In this document: in pieces, positions 1-7,034 of the stretch
Numbering within the stretch: the first letter of the stretch is position 1
Layout: each line of letters starts with the position of its first letter
Assembly: GCA_010909165.1 (NCBI GenBank)
Contig: VJWM01000439.1
Location: 1-7,034, forward strand
Reading direction: 5' to 3'
Source of the DNA: Anthoceros angustus
Lineage: Eukaryota > Plantae > Anthocerotophyta
Length of the DNA stretch: 7,034 nucleotides
Notes under the pieces: generated by a model
The model's database searches: none
What the model saw: the letters and a program-made list of their open reading frames with translations, nothing else
Told to the model about the DNA's origin: nothing
Position numbers and translations under genes: made by a program

Positions 1-249
1 GAGGGAAAATCGGAAACGCGAGGGGGAGGTGGTGGTAGGATCGCAAATTCCTAAGGAGGCGTATATAGGTGTCCGATAGCCCCTAGGTCCGTGTTAGAGA
101 AGTGATTTAATAGACTCGAAGGGCGGGTGGTGGCCCGCCATGTTGGAACCGCCACTGGTGGCCCTACCACTGGTGGGTTTGGGCAAGGTAGCGGAGAAGG
201 TGAGTGAGCGACGGGTCTAGAATCCATAGATTTAGCACACCTTGACACA

Positions 250-560
250 ACACCATTCCCTTGGGATCGAATCCTAGGACTATAACGACATAGAGGGTAA
301 ATGTGGCCTCTTTGCCTTCGGATGCAAAACCCATTCCACAACCAATATCCAAATGTCCTTATCCAACAGAGGTGGAATCCATCCGTGCCCAAGCCTTTGT
401 ATGTAGACTGCCTCAAAGGCGTAGGAGGAGGAATATGCACCACGGCCCACATGTATATGTCTCCTTGTCACCAATAACAAGACCTTTCGTTATGCTGGCT
501 CTAGGCGGAAGTAAGGCTCCCTGGATTTTGCACTGATTGCGCTCCACCACCATTGTGACC
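250..560 (-). pseudogene. pol: Possible degenerate retropepsin (aspartic protease)
   Basis: GALLPPRASIT (520-488) resembles ALLD(S/T)GASIN without the catalytic Asp. A downstream LG..REW (277-253) resembles ILG..WL. The position after gag fits gag-PR order. Confidence 0.35.
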
Positions 561-1002
561 CAATGCCTGGGCCCAGCTTGTTCCACCGCCAATGTCCTCC
601 TCCGCGCCCTGAGGAGAGCATCCATGGTCCCCTCGGTGATGCCTTCCCTTCCCCGCCGCCGCATGATCTCCTCACCTTTGTATGGGCTGGGACCGTGGAT
701 TATCGCGACCTATATCACTGCGGAAGACCACAAGGAACACATGTTGAAGAACGCATAATAGTGCATGAGAGAGGTTGAAGGTCGAAGGAGCAAAAACGAT
801 CGACCTTTGTTCAGAAGGTAGGGCGGCAAAGCTTATGGCGTCAAGAACGTTGCTTCAAAGCGGTGGCGGCTGCATCCCACAGCTTACAGGGGCGCGAATG
901 CGTTTACAGGCGTTCTCAGATAATGGGGCGTACTTCTTGGCGGATGTATTCACGATGCCCGGCGATATCTCGACTTCCAAACACACGTTTTGTTCGAGCG
1001 TA

Positions 1003-1256
1003 AAAAGGTATAACCCTGTTCTCTTCCCAAAGGCAATTATAACCCCAGCGAAATTAGGGTTGAAAGCATGCTTCAATATCATGTCAAGGCGTATCCCCAT
1101 AAAGTCGGTGTAGCATAGGCAAACCCTGGCTCCCGAAGACTCGTATTTCTAGATCGGAAAAGGTATAACCCTTTTTCCTTCACAGCCGCAAGTATGACCC
1201 CAACCAAAATAGGGTTTAAAACATGTTTCACCATCATGGTAATCAAAATCCCCATA
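1003..1256. repeat. Diverged direct duplication: 99-bp segments 1003-1101 and 1158-1256 (offset 155)
   Basis: Manual ungapped alignment gives 75/99 identity. Shared anchors AAAAGGTATAACCC (1003, 1158) and ATCCCCATAA (1093, 1248). Confidence 0.9.
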
Positions 1257-1622
1257 ACGCCTACATCATTCCGTGTTGTGGGTCGAGCATAAATGCAATG
1301 TAGTTATAGCTGCCGCCATTCCTTGTCCCAGCTAGCGGCGCCCCATATCTAAGCCTGATACGCTATTAACGTCCATTTTTCCCGAATGATTGACCCCAGT
1401 TTGCCTTAACCTTGCATGGTGGCCGCAAGGGTTTCAGGTTTGCCGGCCCGACACTTCATTTCGTCTGCGCGTTTTCCAGCCGGCCTTCACAGACATGTTG
1501 AATGCTACTCATCCTTTGGAAGGAGATGAGGTTTGGATTGTTTTGTTGTCAAGTTTCCAAGGTTTTGGGTTACTGTTGATGCTTACGGACACTATTCCAT
1601 CCGTCGGGTGTATTGCCTCCAT

Positions 1623-1664
1623 GCAGTAATGTTTCGACAGCGGGCCCCTGCAATTCCAGGAACA
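1623..1664 (-). pseudogene. Possible gag nucleocapsid zinc-knuckle remnant
   Basis: CSWNCRGPLSKHYC: Cys/His residues and a WNC..P pattern, but the spacing deviates from CX2CX4HX4C. Confidence 0.35.
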
Positions 1665-2299
1665 ACGACGCGGATGATGTTGCCCAAAGGAGAAGGTTAC
1701 TAAACGTGCCTCAAGCACAGTCTCAGCAGGTGGTGTTTGGACCTGTGCCTTCCCCAGAAGGGTAACGCATTCCCGTAGGTATAACCAGGAGAGAATCGAA
1801 AATGTTTTGTTCATAGTTGCTTCAATTCCGTTCCTACATACTAATGCCTTTGCATTTGCATTCGTTCGATGGGTTGCGAAATTGGCGTACCGTTGAAGTT
1901 CATCGCCATCATCTGTTAGGGGTATGCCTCGGACCGAAAACCTCAATTTATATACATTGTAGGAGCCCGTCACTCGTATGAGAATGCACAAAATAGTGGA
2001 AACTGTTCCACCCGAGTAGGATGGCCTCAAGCATTGAGGCGTGACTTATTTCCTGCTGTGGAGGAACATGGGAAAGGTATCCTCCTAGAAAACAGGTCAC
2101 TGTCTTCAGACGAGGAGGATGACGTCTTTCAAACACCAGGAGGTGGACATACTCCGCAATCATACCATCCCAAGCCTTTGAGCGAAAGCTTGATAGCAAC
2201 AAAGGCTCTTGTTTCATCCGGCCGAAAGACCTTTGGTCTTGATGAGGAAATGCGAGCGAGCTGCCTCCATTGATTTCCGCAAGCCACCTGTTGCAACCC

Positions 2300-2783
2300 G
2301 GATGTGTGTAGAAGTTGACTATAGAAAGGTTGGGAGCGAGAGATCTCGTTCTGATGGGGCGAGGAGGCGGAGGCGTTTCTAGAATCTCTTGTTGTTCATG
2401 TCGATGTGGTGACACAATGATAAAGTTGTGACCCATCTATGAAATTCGGTCGAATCTCGATCTGTCAAGAGCTTTCGCGGGGTATATTGCATTGGCCATA
2501 GTAGGTATGAAGAGCTGAAGAGAAGGGTTATTGCACATGCACCATGGGATGGCTTTAGAGCGAACCTAAGCAATGAGTCTACATGTCAGCAATCGTCGCG
2601 TGGATGAACAACACATTCACATTCGTGGCGGAAGGCTCGAATGTGGATGTGTTTAACCTTCGCATACACACTAAAGTTCAATTTGGGCAAAATATAAGCG
2701 GCAATGTGAGGGTTCCAAGTCAGCGGTTTGTCATATGCTTGGTTTTTGAAACTTTGGAGGGAGAACTTCGGTGAAGATTCCAA
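2300..2783 (-). pseudogene. gag: Degenerate retrotransposon gag (capsid-like, Retrotrans_gag type)
   Basis: LPKLNFSVY..HIHIRAFRHECE..VDSLLRFALK..(KAIPWC)..ALDR across frames resembles the gag pattern P..HVR.F....D..V.LF.FTL...A..W. Same orientation as the pol remnant. Recognised from memory of the family, not by HMM. Confidence 0.55.
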
Positions 2784-2892
2784 AGTCCAATGTGTTCTCC
2801 ACGTGCTTTCGCTGCTTGATTAAGCGACAATTAAATCATTTTGCTAAAAGTCGGAGCCAAGGTATTCTCGAGAATCCTTTCATCGGTACATT

Positions 2893-2905
2893 CACTACAA
2901 GAAAA
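2893..2905 (+). repeat. CACTA terminal inverted repeat CACTACAAGAAAA
   Basis: Identical to the 13-bp maize En/Spm TIR (established knowledge). It marks the switch from gag-proximal sequence to repeat-rich sequence. Confidence 0.9.
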
Positions 2906-2911
2906 TGAGGG

Positions 2912-3000
2912 TTTTAGCGGTTTTACAGCGGTGTTACAACGCGTTGTAAAGCAGGCGCAACAACGCATGTTATGGCCGAGGCTTCCATGACGTTGTAAAA
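2912..3000. repeat. CACTA subterminal repeats in both orientations
   Basis: ttttagcgg, ttttacagcgg, ttacaacgcgttgtaa and gacgttgtaaaa all lie within ~100 bp of the TIR. Confidence 0.75.
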
Positions 3001-3004
3001 TTGC

Positions 3005-3161
3005 GACATGGCAGTTCGATGCCATGTCATTAAAGTGATGATGTGGCATACATCGCGCCACATCGCAAGTGATGACATGGCATTGTTTGCCACATGGCCT
3101 TCATTGCCACATCGGCCGGTTGATGGCATAATTTGATGACATGGCCCTCGTTGCCACATCA
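3005..3161. repeat. Cluster of ~9 alternating-orientation (T)GATGA(CA/TG)TGGCA motifs forming short hairpins
   Basis: Plus copies at 3005, 3036, 3070, 3134. Minus copies at 3020, 3057, 3088, 3105, 3152. Confidence 0.85.
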
Positions 3162-3182
3162 CCATGTGATGGCGTGGTACCA

Positions 3183-4256
3183 TTTACAAAACCATTTACA
3201 ACATCCCAATTGCCAAAGAATTACAACATCTAAGTTTGAGGCGTCTCTGTGTATTGGGTACAATCGCTTTGCGACTGTTTTACAAAACCATCTACAACAT
3301 CCCAATTGCAAAGGAATTACAACATCTAAGTTTGGGGCGATCTCGGTGTGGGTACAACGCGCTTTACACACATTTACAAAACCATCTACAACATCCCAAT
3401 TTACCAAAAGATTACAACATCTAAGTTTGAGGCGTCTCGGTGTGGGTACAACGCGCTTTTACAAACATTTTACAAAACCATCTACAACATCCCAATTGCA
3501 AAAGCAATTACAACATCTAAGTTTGAGACGTCTAGTTGGGTACAAAGCACTTTACAACACTGTTTTACAAAACCATCTACAACATCCCAATTGCAAAAGC
3601 AATTACAACATCTAAGTTTGAAGGCGTCTGGGTGTGGGTACAACGCAGCTTACAACGACACTGTTTTACAAAACCATCTACAACATCCCAATTGCAAAAG
3701 CAATTACAACATCTAAGTTTGAGGGCGATCTGGGAAGGGTACAACGCAACGCTTCTACACACTGTTTTACAAAACCATCTACAACATCCCAATTGCAAAG
3801 CAATTACAACATCTAAGTTTGGGGCGTCTCGGTGTGGGTACAATGACAGCCTGGCGACATGTTTTAAAACCATCTAACATCCCAATTGCAAAAGCAATTA
3901 CAACATCTAAGTTTGAGGCGTCTGGGTGTGGGTACAGCAGCCTTTACAAACGACACATTCCCAATTGCAAAAGCAATTACAACATCAAAAGTTTGGGGCG
4001 TCTCGGTGTGGGTACAACCAGCTTTACAACGACTGTCCCAATTGCAAAAGCAATTACAACATCTAAGTTTAGGGCGATCTCATGTGGGTACTAGCCCAGC
4101 TTTACCAGCGACACTGTTTACAAAACCATCTACAACATCCCAATTACAAAAGCAATTACAACATCTAAGTTTGAGGCGTCTCTTTATTAGATACCGACAC
4201 AGCGACACCGTTTACAAAACCATCTATAACATCCAATTGCGAAAAGCAATTACATC
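3183..4256. repeat. Tandem array of a ~97-bp monomer, 12 copies (last one partial)
   Basis: CC(C)AATT anchors at 3205, 3301, 3395, 3491, 3586, 3687, 3788, 3881, 3960, 4037, 4139, 4233, giving periods of 96, 94, 96, 95, 101, 101, 93, 79, 77, 102, 94. Approximate consensus TTTACAAAACCATCTACAACATCCCAATTGCAAAAGCAATTACAACATCTAAGTTTGAGGCGTCTCGGTGTGGGTACAACGCAGCTTTACAACGACACTGT. Confidence 0.97.
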
Positions 4257-4276
4257 ATTTAAATTATCACCCAAAT

Positions 4277-4289
4277 TATATATATATAT
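4277..4289. repeat. (TA)n tract within an AT-rich spacer (~4257-4335)
   Basis: tatatatatatat read directly. Confidence 0.8.
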
Positions 4290-4439
4290 GTATAGACTTT
4301 TAAACAAAAATAAATATTATTAATGCAATAATCTGTTTTCAAGCTGTTCTAGGGGGACATATTTGCAAGCGGTGTTTCTGGCGTCCTTTGTTGTAAATTT
4401 TGTATCTTTACCTTTGCATTAGTGGGACAGCAGTGGAAT

Positions 4440-4449
4440 GCTACTACCA
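4440..4449 (-). other. Possible degenerate primer-binding site
   Basis: The minus strand reads CA-T-TGGTAGTAGC, which has the usual LTR-end CA plus TGG geometry. It only partly matches the tRNA-iMet PBS TGGTATCAGAGC. Confidence 0.25.
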
Positions 4450-4504
4450 ATGCAAGCGATTCTAAACCCCAAAATGAACCACAGATCCTCACACAAATCC
4501 ACGT

Positions 4505-4840
4505 TCAGCTCACACAAACTCTGGCAACAATAAAGCACACTGAGACTCTCCACATGATCGGGCTCACGGAACTCTCTCAGCTCATAAGCTCTCGCTCCTG
4601 ACCTCCACAAGCTCTCGGCTCTGAGCTCACTGGCTCTCGGCTCCAAGCTCTGCTCTCACAAGCTCATAGGCTTTCCACGAGGCTCCACAGGCTCGCTCTC
4701 CCGATTTCCAGCTCACGAGACTCTCCCTCTCTCACAAGCTCAAACTCAATTTTCAAGGCTCACAGGCTCCACAGCTCCTGTCTCACAGTGCTCATGCTCT
4801 CACACTGCTCCACAGGCTCGCACACTCTTGCGGCTCGATA
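4505..4840. repeat. Low-complexity degenerate GCTC / (G)GCTCCACA / CTCACAAG repeat tract
   Basis: Dense recurrence of gctc, ctcaca and ggctccacag with no fixed period. Confidence 0.7.
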
Positions 4841-4846
4841 GAAACT

Positions 4847-4873
4847 CACACACACACTCCACACACACACACA
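4847..4873. repeat. Interrupted (CA)n microsatellite
   Basis: cacacacacactccacacacacacaca read directly. Confidence 0.85.
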
Positions 4874-4882
4874 AATAAACAC

Positions 4883-5000
4883 ACAAACATAGAAGCCATT
4901 CCCGGACACGAGACTCCCACAAACAAACATGGGGCCATTCCCGGACACACACTACAAACATTGGGGCCATTCCCCAGACACACACAAAGGGACTTCCCAC
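4883..5000. repeat. Three imperfect 32-39 bp tandem units (ACAAACAT..GCCATTCCC(G/C)..GACAC)
   Basis: GCCATTCCC starts at 4895, 4934 and 4966. ACAAACAT occurs at 4883, 4923 and 4954. Confidence 0.85.
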
Positions 5001-5049
5001 AAAAAGCCGACGTGATCAATTTCTAAGAGTTTCTATAAACATAAAAGAA

Positions 5050-5950
5050 AGCGCAAACTAGAATTCCTCGCCCTTGATCTCTTCAAATTGGACTGGGTTG
5101 AATTTCATTTTCCTTCCTCTTCTCTTCTTCACCCTTGATGACTTGAGCTCTTTGGCGAGTCCGACTTCAGCTTCAACAGAAGGCGCTGAGCTTCAAGTTC
5201 CTGTCGCCTGGGTGAGGCCATGAGACTGAAAAACTTTTCCTAGACGCAGAGAGGATACCTCAACCTCTTCAAATTCTTCCACCTCTTCCACGAGATGGAG
5301 TGGTTCAACTTCAACAAGTACTTCATAGGGCTTCGTTCCACAGTGCCGACACACTTGGGAGGTTAAGGCTTCCCACCCAGGGGCGGGAGGCTACACCCGT
5401 ATTCTGCAAAGAATCGAATATGTTACCAAGAAGCCGTGTTACAACAAATGCATTTAAAAGATCTTCTATAAGAACATGCTGTGAGAAAGATCCTACTCTG
5501 CTAACGGGCTTCAATCTAGGCACAAATTGTCCAAAAACCAGCCGTCATATCCACTTGCTTGCGCCCAATGCCAGTGTCGGCTCTATGGCAAATCCAAAAA
5601 CAGAGTTAAAATAGGACAATCAAAACTTGCAAAGACATCAAATCAAAATCTTACCATCCAAATCATCATCTTTGTAACCAGCATCCTTGAGGTCCCGCCA
5701 CAATTGTTTACTAACCTATTCCTGGGGTTGAGCCAACGCTTCCGGATGAGGAAGATTGGCACCGTCCAATATGTTTCAAGTTTTATTATCAATTTCCGGC
5801 CTTCACCGCCTGGCTCTTTGTCTAGGCACGCCTACCAAAGAGTTGGTAAAACTGATTTGAACTTACAAACCCACCATTACCAAAGTGGGCAGTACGGCCG
5901 GGCATCGAGTTCAACTTCCTCAACATTGCTGCGCTTTTTGTGCGTACATC
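5050..5950 (-). pseudogene. pol: Ty3/gypsy integrase remnant (pre-zinc-finger linker, core, post-core helix), heavily damaged
   Basis: Motif fragments occur in the expected order across frames: LDARPY..CLDK (5909-5817), VSRVGSFSQHVLIEDLLNAF (resembles VSDRGSHF.N.VIEDLL..F), W...L..SALW (DWD.KL.SALWAYR), PLHLVEE (TPFHLVYG.E, 5303-5286) and EVSSLRL (EFEVPSLR, 5261-5241). The HHCC finger and catalytic residues are not cleanly readable. No chromodomain was seen. Confidence 0.6.
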
Positions 5951-6340
5951 TCCATCCCGCCTTGGCTTTTCATTCTCCACAATGCGATCCCACCGGGTCA
6001 CCGTAGATATCACGAGGCTTATACTTAGGTGGATGATTACCCTCAAGAAATTGTTCTGCGCGATCTTGCAAGATTGTTCTTCCAATTGCGCAACATGGTG
6101 TTGAACATTTGGTCACACATGAGCCATGCTCCAAATCCCACCAACATCTCTTGAATGGCTGCCTCCACAATTGCTTGTGTCTCTAGTTTCTCTCCCGTGA
6201 AGTTGCCAATCAATGGATCCACAGCATATTACCCACCTCAACGAAATTGACGAGCTTGTTGAACTCACTACTCACCATGGAGTAGAGATTGTATACATGT
6301 CTGGCAGGCCCTTGATGAGTCGTGGCCAATTTACCCCTAT

Positions 6341-6652
6341 CTACCTAACATGCATATATACAGCCCTAGGTACTTTTGCAAAATGATCAACATGAAGCGT
6401 CACACTTACAAGCAAGCGGTAGTGTCTAAACTTCTTACAGTATATGATGCCAAGACCTTCCCTCTCGGTGGTTGAATAATTTCTCATCCGTAAGTTGCAC
6501 GCGAAAATTGGATCCGTTTCTTCGTCCGGCTTAAGATGGTCCCAATAGCGTGCGGACATCTCGTATACATGGAATGGTTTTCCCAATCGGTGGTTGTAGC
6601 GTTGGTCGTTCACCAAGCTATCCTTCTTTGAAAACTTCCTTGCCTCATCCAT
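6341..6652 (-). pseudogene. pol: Ty3/gypsy RNase H domain (degenerate)
   Basis: The ORF contains PFHVY (strand before the DAS catalytic Asp), RNYSTTEREGLGIIY, KKFRHY and HVDH. These match the gypsy RT-RNaseH consensus NYSTTERE.L..V....KFRHYL...TDH and lie directly downstream of RT. Confidence 0.92.
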
Positions 6653-6654
6653 TC

Positions 6655-7034
6655 AAAGGGCATGTCCTTCTTGGTCAAGCTGCGTCAACAAGGCCGCCTT
6701 CTTGGCAAAATCCTTGATGAATCTTCTATAGTAACCTACCAAACCTAAAAGCACGCGCTTCACCGTTTGTGGCGCGTCCATCTCGCTATCAGACACCTTT
6801 TCCTATCTACACAAACCCCTCACTTTGAAACTCGATGTGCTAGTAAGATTCCTTCATCATACCAAAATAACACTTCCTGGATGAAGTTTCATGTTCGACT
6901 CCTGCATACGGAAACATTGTCTCGGTGCTCGGATGCAATTTCCTTCTTCAAACGCAAAAATCATCTAGGAAGACCTCCATGGACTTCCTCAAAAATCTCG
7001 AATATGGCATTCACTACGAAAAGTAGCGGGGCAT
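6655..7034 (-). pseudogene. pol: Ty3/gypsy reverse transcriptase, C-terminal part (frameshifted; continues beyond the window's right edge)
   Basis: Manual minus-strand translation gives MEVFLDDFCV at 6980-6951 (catalytic YxDD-equivalent FLDD at 6971-6960), EGILLAHRVSK, and GYYRRFIKDFAK at 6736-6701. An APATF-like remnant lies at the window edge. Frameshifts and stops separate the motifs. Confidence 0.93.

Larger units (their letters stand above)
1..2892 (-). mobile_element. 5' part of the internal region (leader-gag-PR) of a degenerate LTR retrotransposon, continuing left of the window
   Basis: gag-like, zinc-knuckle-like and protease-like remnants are colinear on the minus strand. Confidence 0.55.
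2893..4424. mobile_element. Non-autonomous CACTA (En/Spm-superfamily) DNA transposon, ~1.5 kb
   Basis: Exact CACTACAAGAAAA at 2893-2905, followed by TTACAACG/CGTTGTAA-type subterminal repeats. The candidate right end ctttgcattagtg (4412-4424) matches the TIR at 8/13 and is preceded by the same motifs (agcggtgtt 4368 vs 2927; gttgtaaa 4390 vs 2943 and 2992). No transposase ORF. The flanking trinucleotides (ATT / GGA) do not match, so the right boundary is uncertain. Confidence 0.75.
4451..5040 (-). mobile_element. Putative LTR / 3' non-coding region of the gypsy element
   Basis: Non-coding and strongly strand-asymmetric (minus strand TG/GAG-rich). It lies right after the integrase and ends on the minus strand in ...TGCA followed by TTGGTAG. 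No second LTR copy is in the window and no clear PPT was found, so the call is positional. Confidence 0.4.
5050..7034 (-). mobile_element. 3' part of the internal region of a degenerate Ty3/gypsy LTR retrotransposon, probably non-chromovirus (Athila/OTA-like)
   Basis: RT-RH-INT order defines Ty3/gypsy. EVF(L/M)DDF is typical of Athila-like RTs. No second (archaeal-type) RNase H or chromodomain was recognised. Confidence 0.85.

Noticed and set aside
152-176. Direct repeat CCACTGGTGG x2 (period 15)
   Set aside because: Explained by a Pro/Val-rich codon repeat (PPVVG-PPVAV) on the minus strand, and too short to be informative.
1277-1297. Possible third copy of the 155-bp duplication
   Set aside because: Only a short TCGAGC(A/G)TAAA match at an off-period offset (289), with no extended alignment.
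303-1629. Plus-strand ORFs (77, 73, 71, 112, 79 aa) as host genes
   Set aside because: They are short, have no recognisable motifs, and are antisense to the gag-PR region.
2850-2859. TGGCTCCGAC as an alternative PBS upstream of gag
   Set aside because: It is not preceded by an LTR-terminal CA, and I cannot match it to a specific tRNA 3' end.
3183-4256. CRISPR array
   Set aside because: The inter-core segments are homologous variants of one sequence rather than unique spacers. The 56-bp core is long for a CRISPR repeat, there are no cas genes, and the context is eukaryotic transposon DNA.
3133-4323. Multiple overlapping ORFs with repeated peptides (LQNHLQHPNC, KTIYNIPIAK, KPSTTSQLQKQ)
   Set aside because: They are translations of the tandem monomer in all three frames, and monomer lengths are not held to multiples of three.
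4419-5000. Minus-strand ORFs of 62-75 aa (C/V/E-rich)
   Set aside because: These are low-complexity translations of GAGC/TG repeats with no domain signal.
5110-5134. Purine tract on the minus strand (GAAGAAGAGAAGAGGAAGGAAAA-TG) as the PPT
   Set aside because: It can equally be E/K/R codons at the integrase C-terminus, and no second LTR is available to confirm the boundary.
5300-6006. Plus-strand ORFs of 104 and 159 aa as an antisense extra gene
   Set aside because: They overlap the integrase remnant on the opposite strand and have no recognisable domain. Open antisense frames of this size are expected by chance.
7012-7024. Second CACTA-like start CACTACGAAAAG preceded by ATT
   Set aside because: It lies in RT coding sequence (antisense of the ATF..VVNAIF region), has the same orientation as the 2893 TIR, and shows no subterminal repeats in the few bases available. 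Treated as coincidence.

Overview
Eukaryotic, almost certainly plant nuclear, repeat DNA with no intact gene. Three nested components are visible. (1) Right, minus strand, about 7034->5050: frameshifted Ty3/gypsy pol remnant in RT-RNaseH-INT order. The RT motif MEVFLDDFCV suggests a non-chromovirus (Athila/OTA-like) lineage. (2) Left, minus strand, about 2800->1: degenerate gag, possible zinc knuckle and possible aspartic protease of a similarly oriented LTR retrotransposon. (3) Between them, a non-coding CACTA (En/Spm) element that starts with an exact CACTACAAGAAAA TIR at 2893 and probably ends near 4424. It holds subterminal repeats, a cluster of CpG-decayed GATGACGTGGCA motifs, and a 12-copy ~97-bp tandem array with a conserved hairpin-bearing 56-bp core and a variable tail. 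Removing the CACTA leaves only ~0.7 kb between integrase and gag, consistent with two head-to-tail retroelements sharing one LTR. Most ORFs in the track are artefacts of repeats or antisense frames. Domain calls come from manual motif reading across frameshifts, not database searches.
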